From positions 544,001 to 608,000 of the forward strand of contig OZ245056.1 in NCBI GenBank assembly GCA_965224705.1: DNA of 64,000 nt, in the 5' to 3' direction. The position numbers and the translations under genes are program-made. Source of the stretch: Spirochaetaceae bacterium. GTDB taxonomy: Bacteria; Spirochaetota; Spirochaetia; DSM-2461. Shown one piece after another: positions 17,387-27,975 of the stretch. Every line of letters starts with the position of its first letter. The first letter of the stretch is position 1. A model generated the notes under the pieces. The model ran no database searches and was not told where the DNA came from. It saw only the letters and a program-made list of their open reading frames with translations.

Positions 17387-19423
17387 ATGGAAAAATTAAA
17401 AATGCACAGCCCTAACTTTGCAGAAGAAAATATCGCAAAGCTGGCGGAGCTGTTCCCAAACTGCGTTACTGAAAAAGAAGAAACCGCGAAAGACGCGAAT
17501 GAACGCGAAAAGATGGTTTTGAAAAGAACCATTGATTGGGATTTGCTCAAACAAGAGTTGTCCAACGACATTGTTGAAGGGCCACAGGAGCGCTACCACC
17601 TGAACTGGCCCGGCAAACGGAAAGCACTGCTTACGGCCAATGCGCCCATTGCCAAGACGCTCCGCCCTTGCCGCGAAAAGAGTGTGGATTTCGACACCAC
17701 CGAAAACCTCTTTATTGAAGGGGATAATCTCGATGCCCTGAAACTTCTACAGGAAACCTATCTCGGCAAAGTAAAGATGATCTATATCGATCCGCCGTAT
17801 AACACTGGTAAGGATTTTATCTACGCTGACAACTTTGCAAAATCCACGGAAGAATACTTGCTGGATTCCAGGCAAAAAGATGAAGAAGGTAACCGTCTCA
17901 TTGCCAATACTGACTCCAATGGCCGCTTCCATTCAGACTGGCTGAGCATGATGTATCCACGGCTTAAATTGGCCAGAAACCTGCTCAAAGATGATGGAGT
18001 GATTTTTATTAGTATTGATGAAAATGAAATTGGGAATATTGAAAAAGTTGTCACAGAAATCTTTGGCTCCGAAAATTTTCTTGGAAGTTTTCCTGTAGTA
18101 ATGAACTTAAAAGGAAACCAAGATTCCTTTGGTTTCGCTGAGACTCATGAATATGTTGTTATCGCCTCAAAAAACAAAATACTCTGTAGTTTTAATCATT
18201 TTCCGATTGATGATGAGGAATTTAACAAAGCATGGTTTTCTGATGAATATGGGCCTTATAAAGAAGCGGATAATTTAAGGGCTACCGGTGTAAATGCACC
18301 GAGAGAAAAGAGACCAAACTTATGGTACCCAATTTTCTTAGATGAGAGTAAATTGGAATACTATGCAACAGATGACGATAAGCCTAAAGATAGTGCTCAT
18401 ACAAAAGTTTTGCCAATCAGCCCCAATGGTGAGGAACTAAGTTGGTACTGGAGTAAAAACAATTTGAATCAAAACAAACACAATCTTATCTTAAAGAAGA
18501 CATCAAACGGTTGGCAGTTTTACAAAAAACAACGACCTCAAATTGGTGATTTACCAAGCAAAAAACCAAAATCATTTTTTTACAAACCTGAGTATAGTAC
18601 AAGTACGGCAACAACCCACCTTAAAGTATTGCTTGAGTGCAAATTGTTTAATGGCCCTAAACCAGTACCATTCCTTAAAGACTTGGCTATTATTGGAACA
18701 AATGATAAAGACATCATCCTAGACTTCTTCGCTGGCTCCGCCACAACCACCCATGCAGTGATGCAGCTCAATGCCGAAGACGGAGGCAAGCGTAAGTTCA
18801 TCATGGTTCAGCTCGCCGAAGCCTGTGATGAAAAATCCGAGGCATTCAAAGCAGGCTATAAAACCATCGCCGAAATCAGCAAGGAACGTATCCGCCGTGC
18901 CGGGAAACAATTGACAATGAAAGGTGAAAACCATTCTCAATTATCAACTGTCAATTCTCCATTGGATATTGGTTTCCGCATCCTCAAGGTCGACTCCTCC
19001 AATATGGCCGATGTGTACTATACACCGGATGCCGTTGAACAAAAAGAACTCCCATTTTCTACCGATAACATCAAAGACGACCGCAGTTCCGAAGACCTGC
19101 TCTTCCAGGTATTATTGGACTGGGGAGTTGATTTAACTTTGCCGATTTCTCGCGAAATCATCAAAGTTAAGAAGGATGAAAAAGACGAAAGCAAAGATTC
19201 ATCCTTTCAAAAATACGAAGTATTCTTCGTGGATGGCAATGCACTGGCGGCCTGTTTCGAAAAAAGCGGCAGGATCACCGAGAATTTTTGCAAAGAACTC
19301 GCCGGGCGGCAGCCGTTGCGTGTTGTCTTCCGGGACTCCGGCTTTAAGGACGACAGTGCCAAAATAAATGTAGAGCAGATATTCAAACTAATGAGTCCGC
19401 ATACGGATGTGAAAACAATTTGA
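17387..19423 (+). CDS. mod: Type III RM methyltransferase Mod
   Basis: IEGDNLDALKLL, IYIDPPYNTG, HSDWLSMMYPRL and DFFAGSATT, with an AT-rich central TRD. RBS AAGGAG. Confidence 0.96.
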   Translation: MEKLKMHSPNFAEENIAKLAELFPNCVTEKEETAKDANEREKMVLKRTIDWDLLKQELSNDIVEGPQERYHLNWPGKRKALLTANAPIAKTLRPCREKSVDFDTTENLFIEGDNLDALKLLQETYLGKVKMIYIDPPYNTGKDFIYADNFAKSTEEYLLDSRQKDEEGNRLIANTDSNGRFHSDWLSMMYPRLKLARNLLKDDGVIFISIDENEIGNIEKVVTEIFGSENFLGSFPVVMNLKGNQDSFGFAETHEYVVIASKNKILCSFNHFPIDDEEFNKAWFSDEYGPYKEADNLRATGVNAPREKRPNLWYPIFLDESKLEYYATDDDKPKDSAHTKVLPISPNGEELSWYWSKNNLNQNKHNLILKKTSNGWQFYKKQRPQIGDLPSKKPKSFFYKPEYSTSTATTHLKVLLECKLFNGPKPVPFLKDLAIIGTNDKDIILDFFAGSATTTHAVMQLNAEDGGKRKFIMVQLAEACDEKSEAFKAGYKTIAEISKERIRRAGKQLTMKGENHSQLSTVNSPLDIGFRILKVDSSNMADVYYTPDAVEQKELPFSTDNIKDDRSSEDLLFQVLLDWGVDLTLPISREIIKVKKDEKDESKDSSFQKYEVFFVDGNALAACFEKSGRITENFCKELAGRQPLRVVFRDSGFKDDSAKINVEQIFKLMSPHTDVKTI

Positions 19424-19437
19424 GGAAAGCTTTTAAA

Positions 19438-20898
19438 ATGAAGGATAAAAACACCCTAATCGATTTACTAAAAGAGTTGCGCAGTTTGCCGAATGAGTGC
19501 GAATGGGCTGAGTTCAAACAGAATAATGCCAAACCTGAACAAATTGGTGAATATATTTCAGCTTTGGCAAATGGTGCGGCGCTTAACGGCAAAGCCAATG
19601 CCTATATGCTTTGGGGTGTAGAAGACAGCAATCACGATGTGGTTGGGACTACATTTTCTCCAGCATCAGAAGAAATTGGCGGTGAGGAGTTGGAAAGCTG
19701 GTTACTGCGCCTCTTAACTCCAAAAATCAATTTCAGATTTTACACAATTCCTTTCGATGATAATGTCGTAGTTTTACTAGAGATCGGAGCAGCTTTTCAA
19801 CACCCTGTTCAATTCAAGAATATCGAATATCTTCGTATAGGGTCCTATAAGAAAAAGTTAAAAGACTACCCAGAAAAAGAGCGGGAACTTTGGCGGATAT
19901 TTGATCGTGTTCCTTTCGAAAAAGAGATCGCTTTAGAAAATATTTCTTCGGAACAGGTTCTGAAGTTATTAGATTATCCCGCCTATTTTGACTTGCTTTC
20001 ACTTCCTTTGCCCGAAAAGCATCAGGGTATTTTGGATGCTCTTGAGTCTGAAGCGATGATTTGTAAAGGATTGGCTGGTAAATGGAACATCAATAATCTG
20101 GGAGCCGTTCTTTTTGCACGCAAACTCAGTGATTTCAATAGTCTTCGTCGTAAAGCCATTCGTGTTATCCTATATAAAGGTGAAACTCGAGTTGAAACGA
20201 TTCGAGAACAAGAAGGTGTTAAAGGGTTAGCTGTTGGTTTTGAAGGTTTGATTGAATATATACAGAATCTGCTTCCAAGTAACGAAGTAATCGGCCAATC
20301 GCTGCGCAAAGAAGTTTCCATGTTTCCTGAACTGGCAATCCGTGAGTTGCTTGCCAATGCTATTATTCACCAAGACTTCCACATCACAGGCACTGCCCCT
20401 ATGGTGGAAATATTTTCAAGCCGAATGGAAATTACCAATCCTGGGTTGCCCTTGGTTAACACAGAACGATTCCTGGATAGTCCACCGAGATCCCGCAATG
20501 AAGCCATAGCCTCTTTTATGCGACGTGTCGGTGTGTGTGAAGAACGTGGCAGTGGTATCGATAAAGTTGTTTCCGAAACAGAACGCTACCAATTGCCAGC
20601 ACCTATTTTTGAACAGACACAAGAACATATACGCGTTGTGTTATTTGCTCATAGAGAATTCAGAAATATGGACAAGCAGGATAGAATTCGAGCCTGCTAC
20701 CTTCATGCTTGTTTGCGATATGTACAACGAGATTACATGACGAATAGTACACTGCGTGAGCGTTTTGGCATTGAAGAAAAAAACAGCTCAATGGCTTCCA
20801 GGGTTATTAAAGATGCAATAGATGCTAATGCTATCGTGCCCTATGGCAGCCAAGCTTCGCGGAAATTTATGAAATACGTACCATGGTGGACTCAATGA
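19438..20898 (+). CDS. Schlafen/AlbA_2 - GHKL-like (HATPase_c_4) - wHTH protein
   Basis: ECEWAEFK, ISALAN and LWGVED (AlbA_2); IRELLANAIIHQDF, EITNPG, SRN and EERGSGIDK (RecG_C/HATPase_c_4); C-terminal MTNSTLRERFGI HTH. Confidence 0.88.
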   Translation: MKDKNTLIDLLKELRSLPNECEWAEFKQNNAKPEQIGEYISALANGAALNGKANAYMLWGVEDSNHDVVGTTFSPASEEIGGEELESWLLRLLTPKINFRFYTIPFDDNVVVLLEIGAAFQHPVQFKNIEYLRIGSYKKKLKDYPEKERELWRIFDRVPFEKEIALENISSEQVLKLLDYPAYFDLLSLPLPEKHQGILDALESEAMICKGLAGKWNINNLGAVLFARKLSDFNSLRRKAIRVILYKGETRVETIREQEGVKGLAVGFEGLIEYIQNLLPSNEVIGQSLRKEVSMFPELAIRELLANAIIHQDFHITGTAPMVEIFSSRMEITNPGLPLVNTERFLDSPPRSRNEAIASFMRRVGVCEERGSGIDKVVSETERYQLPAPIFEQTQEHIRVVLFAHREFRNMDKQDRIRACYLHACLRYVQRDYMTNSTLRERFGIEEKNSSMASRVIKDAIDANAIVPYGSQASRKFMKYVPWWTQ

Positions 20899-20901
20899 TA
20901 C

Positions 20902-21105
20902 TTTTATTTGACGGCTATTTGACTGAGAATGAGTACTCAAGGACCTCATCTCCATGTAAAGCATTGTTTATGAGATATTTAAGTATTGTGGCTTTCTTTG
21001 ACTGTTGTTTGACTGAAGCAACGAAACTCCTCCTGTTATTAAAATTTAACTCTTTGAATAGTAGATATTTATCCTTTGATTTTTTATTTGACCGTTGTTT
21101 GACTG
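20902..21105 (+). repeat. Three-unit repeat array with exact 90-bp period
   Basis: TTTGAC-N5-TTTGACTG starts at 20907, 20997 and 21087. A second block TAA..TTG..AGATATTTA starts at 20957 and 21047. Confidence 0.85.
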
Positions 21106-21226
21106 GAATCAGTTTAATTCAAAGGCGACCTTCGTTGATTTCGGCCAAGACACGCTCATGTTTTTCGTACCTTCCGTGGTTAAAAAATCATTCTGTTTGT
21201 TCAGTGGTTATAAATGGTGGCATTGT

Positions 21227-24200
21227 ATGAAGTTAAAATTTAAAAAACAGCCCTACCAGACACGAGCCGTTGAATCGGTAGTCGATTGCTTTAAGGGCCA
21301 GCCAAATACACCCGATATCAGTTATCGGATTGACCCGGGTGTATCAAAGACGGAGAAAACTTATTTGGCTGAAGATCAACTGAGTATGGGATATGATTTT
21401 CATGAATCCGGCTTTAGAAATGGCGATATTTTTCTCACCGAACAGCAACTTCTTGAAAATATTCAGAAAGCCCAGCGTCTTCAGAATCTGCCGCAATCAG
21501 CCAGCCTTATCAAAACCAAGGTGTCATCGTTAAACCTTGACGTGGAGATGGAGACCGGAACCGGAAAGACTTACTGCTACATAAAAACCATCTTTGAGAT
21601 GAACAAGCGCTTCGGCTGGACAAAGTTTATTATCGTGGTGCCCAGTATCGCCATCCGGGAAGGTGTTTATAAATCATTGGAGATTACAGCAGAACACTTT
21701 CAGGAAACTTACGCCAAGAAAGCCAGGTTTTTCATCTATAACTCCAAACAGCTTCACAACCTTGAGAGCTTTTCTTCAGATGCCGGAATCAACGTTATGG
21801 TTATCAACGTTCAGGCGTTTAATGCCCGGGGCAAAGATAACCGTCGAATCTATGAAGAGTTGGATGACTTCCAAAGCCGCCGCCCCATTGATGTGATTAA
21901 GGCGAATCGCCCGATTCTGATTCTCGACGAACCGCAGAAGATGGAAGGCGCAAAGACGCTGGACTCACTCAAGGAATTTAATCCGCTATTTATCCTGCGT
22001 TATTCGGCTACACATAAAACCCAGCATAACAAGGTTCACAGGCTGGATGCACTGGATGCCTACAATCAGAAGCTGGTTAAAAAGATAGCTGTCCGGGGTA
22101 TCTCCGTAAAAGGGCTCTCCGGCACCAACGCCTATCTCTATCTTGAATCCATTGAAGTGTCGAAGCAGATGCCGGTGGCCCGAATAGAAATTGAGGTCAA
22201 GCAGAACAGCGGAATCAAGAGAATAATCCGCAAGCTGAAAAAAGGCGACAATCTCTACGACCTATCCGACGATCTGGATCAATACAAGGGCTTTGTGATT
22301 GCGGATATCAATGCCATTACTGATACCGTTGAATTCACCAATGGCCTCGGGCTGCAGGCCGGAGAAGCAACCGGTGATGTGAATGAAACAGCTCTCCGGC
22401 GCATCCAGATACGCGAAGCCATAAAAGCCCATTTTGAAAAGGAACAGGTCCTCTATTATCAGGGCATTAAAGTACTGACTCTTTTCTTTATCGATGAAGT
22501 CGCCAGGTATCGGATTTATACCGATGCCGGAGAAGAAGGCGGCGAATATGCCCAAATATTTGAAGAGGAATACAAGGATGCCTGGAATGAGCTGAAGCAG
22601 GATATGTTTATGCACGAAGGCTACAAAAAGCATCTGGACAGCATTCCTGTAGATCAAACTCACAACGGTTATTTTTCCATAGACAAGAAAAGCAAACGCA
22701 TGGTCGATCCGGCCACCGGCAAAAAATCGACTGAAGCGGATGATGCCGATGCCTACGACCTGATTCTTAAAGACAAAGAGCGTCTTCTCTCATTCGATGA
22801 ACCAACCCGCTTTATCTTCTCCCACTCTGCTCTCCGTGAAGGTTGGGACAACCCGAATGTGTTCGTTATCTGCACCTTGAAACACAGTGATAGTACCATT
22901 TCACGCCGACAGGAAGTCGGTCGTGGGTTGCGTATCGCCGTTAATCAGTTTGGGGATCGTCAGGATGATCCGGCAACTGTTCATCAGACAAATGTACTGA
23001 CAGTCGTGGCCAGTGAAAGCTACAAGGACTTTGTGACCGCTTTGCAACGCGATATCAGTGAATCACTCTCTGAGCGTCCACGAGTTGCGGATGTAAAATA
23101 CTTCACGGGAAAGGTTCTGCAGACAGCCGACGGCACAATTGAAGTGACGGAGGACATGGCAGAAGGAATTGAATTCTATCTGATACAAAATGGTTATGTT
23201 GATCGTGAGAGAAACATTGTTCAGAAGTACCATGATGAGCTTAAAAATGGAGAACTTTCTGATTTGCCGGAAGATTTATTACCGTTCAAGGAACAGGTCT
23301 TCCAACTGATTGATAGCGTCTACAGTGATGCCAAGCTACCGGAGGTTGAAAATGATCGCGGAGCAAAGACAAATCCTCTAAACGTCAATTTTGAAAAGAA
23401 AGAGTTCAAAGAACTCTGGAATCGGATCAATCGAAAAGCGGCTTACAGTGTGCATTTTGATAGTACTGAGCTGGTAGGGAAATGCATTCAGACGTTCAAT
23501 AAGGAACTGCGGGTTATGCCGCTTCAATACACCGTGCAGCGAGGTGAGCAAGCTGATGGCATTAGCTATGATCTGATGAAGTCAGGGGATAGTTTTGATA
23601 TAAAGGAAACCTCTACCGAATACACTGCCCACTCAATTCACTCAGCAGTGAAATACGACCTGATCGGCAAGATAGCTGAAAACGTGCAGTTAACCAGACG
23701 AACTGTTACTGAGATTTTATTAGGACTGGGAAAGCCGGTATTTGCCCAGTTTAATACCAACCCGGAGAGCTTCATCTCTGAAGCCGCGCGCCTAATTCAG
23801 GAACAGAAAGCCGCATGTATCACCGAGCACCTGAGTTACGATGCTGTATCCGAAACTCATGACATTGATATCTTCACCAACGGGCAAAGCAAACAGGATT
23901 TCAGCAAAGCCGGAGACCCGCTTAAACGTCACATTTATGATTACGTCGTAACCGATTCAGATACTGAACGCACCTTTGTTCAGGAGCTTGATACCAGTTC
24001 GGAAGTGGTTGTGTACGCCAAGTTACCTAAAGGATTTTCCATACCCACGCCGGTTGGAAACTACAATCCCGACTGGGCTATCTCCTTTAAAGAAGCTTCC
24101 ATTAAGCATGTTTACTTTGTTGCCGAAACCAAAGGTTCCATGTCCAGCTTGGAATTCCGGGAAATCGAAAAAACAAAGATTGAATGCGCCCGCAAGTTCT

Positions 24201-24319
24201 TTGATGAAATCAACCGCAAGATAAATCCGGACAATGTGAGATACGATGTGGTGAGCAGCTTTGGAAAACTCATGGAGATTGTCGGACCCGGAACATCCGC
24301 ATTTCATTGGGGTGGATGA
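21227..24319 (+). CDS. res: Type III RM restriction subunit Res
   Basis: [11 protein letters not shown] start, [38 protein letters not shown] and the nuclease motif NPDW..AETKG. Confidence 0.96.
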   Translation: MKLKFKKQPYQTRAVESVVDCFKGQPNTPDISYRIDPGVSKTEKTYLAEDQLSMGYDFHESGFRNGDIFLTEQQLLENIQKAQRLQNLPQSASLIKTKVSSLNLDVEMETGTGKTYCYIKTIFEMNKRFGWTKFIIVVPSIAIREGVYKSLEITAEHFQETYAKKARFFIYNSKQLHNLESFSSDAGINVMVINVQAFNARGKDNRRIYEELDDFQSRRPIDVIKANRPILILDEPQKMEGAKTLDSLKEFNPLFILRYSATHKTQHNKVHRLDALDAYNQKLVKKIAVRGISVKGLSGTNAYLYLESIEVSKQMPVARIEIEVKQNSGIKRIIRKLKKGDNLYDLSDDLDQYKGFVIADINAITDTVEFTNGLGLQAGEATGDVNETALRRIQIREAIKAHFEKEQVLYYQGIKVLTLFFIDEVARYRIYTDAGEEGGEYAQIFEEEYKDAWNELKQDMFMHEGYKKHLDSIPVDQTHNGYFSIDKKSKRMVDPATGKKSTEADDADAYDLILKDKERLLSFDEPTRFIFSHSALREGWDNPNVFVICTLKHSDSTISRRQEVGRGLRIAVNQFGDRQDDPATVHQTNVLTVVASESYKDFVTALQRDISESLSERPRVADVKYFTGKVLQTADGTIEVTEDMAEGIEFYLIQNGYVDRERNIVQKYHDELKNGELSDLPEDLLPFKEQVFQLIDSVYSDAKLPEVENDRGAKTNPLNVNFEKKEFKELWNRINRKAAYSVHFDSTELVGKCIQTFNKELRVMPLQYTVQRGEQADGISYDLMKSGDSFDIKETSTEYTAHSIHSAVKYDLIGKIAENVQLTRRTVTEILLGLGKPVFAQFNTNPESFISEAARLIQEQKAACITEHLSYDAVSETHDIDIFTNGQSKQDFSKAGDPLKRHIYDYVVTDSDTERTFVQELDTSSEVVVYAKLPKGFSIPTPVGNYNPDWAISFKEASIKHVYFVAETKGSMSSLEFREIEKTKIECARKFFDEINRKINPDNVRYDVVSSFGKLMEIVGPGTSAFHWGG

Positions 24320-24447
24320 TTTTTTAGCTTGGAGAATTTCTAAAAATTTCCATTGACTCTATCTGTTTCATGAGACACAGTATAATCGTGGCATTGTTTT
24401 TGTAAGAAGCTGCGATGATTATGAAATTTTAAAATGAGGAGTGTTCT

Positions 24448-25398
24448 ATGAATATCAAAGGAAGTATTGATAAGATTCCTGGTGGCATGATGGTTGTTCC
24501 TCTTCTAATTGGGGCGTTAATTAATACGTTTTTCCCTGAAGCACTGGAAATTGGAGGCTTTACAACCGCACTTTTTAAAAAGGGTGCAGGAGCTTTAATA
24601 GGAGCCTTCCTGCTCTGTATGGGTGCAGGACTAAGCTTCAGGGCTGCACCAAAGGCTTTAGTGCGCGGCGGAGCCATTACCTTCACCAAGTTTTTAATAG
24701 GTTTTCTTATCGGCATATTGATAGCCAAAGTTACAAAAAATGGGCTGTTCGGTTTATCAGCTCTTGCTATTATCGCTGCAATGACCAATACCAACGGCGG
24801 ACTATATGCTGCTCTGGTTGGAGAATTTGGTGATGAAACAGATATCGGAGCAATCTCAGTTATTTCGATTAATGACGGTCCTTTCTTAACAATGATAGCC
24901 CTGGGATCGGCAGGTCTGGCATCAATCCCCTTTATGACTCTTGTTGCTGTAATCGTTCCTATTCTGGTGGGGATGCTGCTTGGTAATCTTGATGACAAAA
25001 TGAAAGATTTCCTGACAAAAGGTGGTCCGGTACTGATTCCTTTTTTTGCCTTTGCTCTTGGAGCCGGTCTTGATTTTGCAACTATATTAAAAGCTGGTGT
25101 TCCAGGGATTATCCTGGGCTTAATGACTACCTTTATTGGAGGTTTCTTTAACGTCCTGGCAGATAAGGTAACAGGAGGAACAGGTGTTGCCGGAGCTTCA
25201 GCGTCCAGTACTGCCGGTAATGCGGTGGGGACACCTGCGGCAGTCGCATTGGCAGATCCAACCATGTCGGCAATTGCTTCTGTTGCAACAGCTCAAGTTG
25301 CAGCTGCAACCATTACAACAGCAATCTGTACTCCAATTTTGACAACGATTGTCCGAAAACGGCAGGCCAAAAAATCTTTAAACGGCATAGCTGAATGA
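24448..25398 (+). CDS. kdgT: 2-keto-3-deoxygluconate permease family transporter
   Basis: [31 protein letters not shown] and SSTAGNAV. Confidence 0.9.
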   Translation: MNIKGSIDKIPGGMMVVPLLIGALINTFFPEALEIGGFTTALFKKGAGALIGAFLLCMGAGLSFRAAPKALVRGGAITFTKFLIGFLIGILIAKVTKNGLFGLSALAIIAAMTNTNGGLYAALVGEFGDETDIGAISVISINDGPFLTMIALGSAGLASIPFMTLVAVIVPILVGMLLGNLDDKMKDFLTKGGPVLIPFFAFALGAGLDFATILKAGVPGIILGLMTTFIGGFFNVLADKVTGGTGVAGASASSTAGNAVGTPAAVALADPTMSAIASVATAQVAAATITTAICTPILTTIVRKRQAKKSLNGIAE

Positions 25399-26675
25399 AG
25401 CTTGCTCTGGTTGCTGATGATTTTACTGGCGCAAATGATACAGGTGCCAAGTTAGGAAAATTGGGAATTAAAACACTGGTTACTACTAACTTGCATCTTG
25501 CTGACGAATTGATTGACTATCAGGCACTGGTGTTTGATTCAGAAAGCCGCTTTATCGCTCAAAATGAAGCATATGACAGGGTATATAAACTGTGCAGGAG
25601 CATCAGACAGAAATCTGATACTCCTGTCTATAAAAAGGTGGACTCAACTTTCAGGGGAAATCCGGGCCCGGAAATTCTGGGATGCCTGGATGGCCTGAAT
25701 CTAAAAACAGCCATTGTTGCAGCAGCTCTGCCCTCACAGGGCAGGGTTACCAGACAGGGTACGGTCTATGTTAATGGAGTAAGGCTGGAAGAGACGGAGG
25801 TCAGAAATGACCCTGTGACTCCAGTAAAGGATTCCCATATCCCAAAAATTCTGAATAAAGACAATACAAAAACAAGCTGTGTTATTGATAAATCATCACA
25901 TGAAGAAAGCTTCAGGGATCCGCACAAATTAAAAAAGATACTTGAGCAGGAAGTTCAGAAAGAAACAACCTTTGTGGTTGTTGACGGAGAGTCAGAGGAA
26001 GACTTGATCGTAACGGCCAAAGCCATAGAACTGCTGGATTCACCCGTCATGGCAGCAGGAACTGCTGGATTAGCGGAGTACTTCAGCCTGCTTTACGGTT
26101 GGTTTGAAAAAAAACAGCATATATCTATTATTGCAAGTGCCAGCCAGGTAACCAGGAAACAGGTGGAATATGCAAAAAACACTATGTCTCTGGTAGACGC
26201 AGCCGTTTATATTCCAGATTTACTATCTGATGATGGTTTAAAAATGTGTTTCTCACATGTAGAAGAAGCAAAAAAGTTGAATCAGCCTGTCATAATCAGA
26301 ACCATGAGTAATCATGATGAAAGGGGATCTGCAGATGATTATGGCAGGAAAATAGGTCTAAGCTCACTTGAACTGAGCAATGCGATAACGAGACGGCTTG
26401 GAGAATTTTTCGTCGCTTATCTGGAGAAGCATATTACTGACATCGGTAGTCTTCTCTTATCCGGCGGTGATACGGTAATCAAAATGGTAGAAGCAATTTC
26501 AGCAAGCGGAATGGAACTAAAAGGGGAAGTATTACCCGGGATCCCATATGGTTTTTTCCATCACAAAAAGTATGATGGTTTCCCGGTAATTACGAAAGCC
26601 GGTGGGTTTGGATCAGAAAAAGATGTTGCGACTGTTCTAAAACTATTGAATATGGGTCTGCTTCAAAAAGTATGA
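25395..26675 (+). CDS. Four-carbon acid sugar kinase (DUF1537, DtnK/DenK-like)
   Basis: [28 protein letters not shown] and ITKAGGFG. Confidence 0.92.
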   Translation: MKLALVADDFTGANDTGAKLGKLGIKTLVTTNLHLADELIDYQALVFDSESRFIAQNEAYDRVYKLCRSIRQKSDTPVYKKVDSTFRGNPGPEILGCLDGLNLKTAIVAAALPSQGRVTRQGTVYVNGVRLEETEVRNDPVTPVKDSHIPKILNKDNTKTSCVIDKSSHEESFRDPHKLKKILEQEVQKETTFVVVDGESEEDLIVTAKAIELLDSPVMAAGTAGLAEYFSLLYGWFEKKQHISIIASASQVTRKQVEYAKNTMSLVDAAVYIPDLLSDDGLKMCFSHVEEAKKLNQPVIIRTMSNHDERGSADDYGRKIGLSSLELSNAITRRLGEFFVAYLEKHITDIGSLLLSGGDTVIKMVEAISASGMELKGEVLPGIPYGFFHHKKYDGFPVITKAGGFGSEKDVATVLKLLNMGLLQKV

Positions 26676-27658
26676 ATTTAATCGCCGTTACTCAAGGGGA
26701 TCCTTCCGGTGTTGGCCCGGAAGTCATCTTAAAAAGCTTCCTGAAAGATAGTATTCGCTCATTACCGTTGATTGTTATTGGCGATCTGACCGTAATGGAG
26801 TATTACAAAAAACTCACAAAAATATCGGGTTTCAATATAAAAGGAATATCTTTTCCTGATGAGTATAAGTTTGACAAAGAGACATTGACAGTGTTAGACT
26901 TGGGAATTGTATCCAGGGATAGTATTAAACCTGGTAAGGGCAGCGGAGAGTCAGGAAAATCAGCTTTTCAATATATCAGCAAGGCAATTGATTCAGCTGC
27001 GCAAAAAAAGATATCTGCAATTGTTACTGCACCCATAAACAAAGAGGCTTTACAGGATGCTGGTTATAAATACTCCGGCCACACAGAGATATTTGCCCAT
27101 AAAACCAGTTCTTCAAATTATGCCATGCTTCTCTATTCGCCAGATCTTTCGGTCATTCATGCAACCACTCATGTTTCACTATCACAGGCCGTTAAGAACA
27201 TCAGCAAGGAAAGGATTGAGTGTTGCATTCAACTGGCTCATGACAGTATGGCAAAAATATCCGGGAAAGAAAATCCTCGTATAGCCGTAGCAGGCTTAAA
27301 TCCTCATGCAGGAGAGAATGGACTGTTTGGTGACGAAGAGGTTCGTATAATAAAACCTGCTGTACTGAATTTTCAGGATAAAGGTATTAATGTGTCTGGA
27401 CCGATTCCACCAGATACGGTGTTCCTTAAGGCATTGAACGGAGATTATGATATTGTTGTGGCCATGTATCATGACCAGGGACATATCCCGTTTAAAATGG
27501 TTGCCTTTGATAATGGAGTGAATATTACTGTTGGGATGCCGGTAATTAGAACATCTGTTGATCATGGAACAGCTTTTGATATCGCAGGAAAAGGAATCGC
27601 TAAGGAGCAAAGTATGGTAGAGGCCATACTTCTTGCTTCCAGATTGAGTCAGTCATAA
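26672..27658 (+). CDS. pdxA: 4-phospho-threonate/4-hydroxythreonine-4-phosphate dehydrogenase (PdxA2-like)
   Basis: GDPSGVGPE, TAPINKEA, GHTE, GLNPHAGE, MYHDQGH and RTSVDHGTAFDIAG. Confidence 0.93.
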   Translation: MNLIAVTQGDPSGVGPEVILKSFLKDSIRSLPLIVIGDLTVMEYYKKLTKISGFNIKGISFPDEYKFDKETLTVLDLGIVSRDSIKPGKGSGESGKSAFQYISKAIDSAAQKKISAIVTAPINKEALQDAGYKYSGHTEIFAHKTSSSNYAMLLYSPDLSVIHATTHVSLSQAVKNISKERIECCIQLAHDSMAKISGKENPRIAVAGLNPHAGENGLFGDEEVRIIKPAVLNFQDKGINVSGPIPPDTVFLKALNGDYDIVVAMYHDQGHIPFKMVAFDNGVNITVGMPVIRTSVDHGTAFDIAGKGIAKEQSMVEAILLASRLSQS

Positions 27659-27780
27659 TGCTGTTTTCTACCTGAAAAAATCCTGAGTGACTTTTATCAA
27701 ATCATAACTGCGAACAGTATAAGAACAACTATACCAGATGGAAGACTTCACCTTACCCAGGTACAATGCAAGCAGACATC

Positions 27781-27799
27781 TACAAGCTTTCTGACACTG
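27781..27799. repeat. Family B terminal repeat (isolated end)
   Basis: TACAAGCTTTCTGACACTG, the inverse of CAGTGTCAGAAAGCTTGT at 56999. Confidence 0.75.
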
Positions 27800-27899
27800 C
27801 ATGAACCATAACGAATGTCTGAAATTTTTGCTTCCTGCACAGATATTCAATCCATTCATTTCACTTGATGAAGTTCAGCAATAAATGATCTAATACCAG

Positions 27900-27952
27900 G
27901 AGCCTGTCGGATTCACGCCTCACGCCTCAAAGCCTTAAAATCCGACAGACTC
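27900..27952 (+). mobile_element. MITE family A, internally deleted 53-bp copy
   Basis: GAGCCTGTCGGATT...AATCCGACAGACTC flanked by CCAG/CTGG. Confidence 0.85.
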
Positions 27953-27975
27953 CTGGACTGAAAAAGGAATACCGA

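Noticed and set aside
21095..21226. 44-aa N-terminal extension of Res
   Set aside because: It reads through the repeat array and cassette remnant. The family-typical start is MKLKFK at 21227.
12489..24319. Prophage or ICE implied by the xis-like gene
   Set aside because: No integrase, phage, conjugation genes or att pair were found. Such HTH genes commonly head RM operons.
24429..25265. 278-aa minus-strand ORF and similar ORFs opposite membrane-protein genes
   Set aside because: Antisense shadows of kdgT, agcS and dctM.
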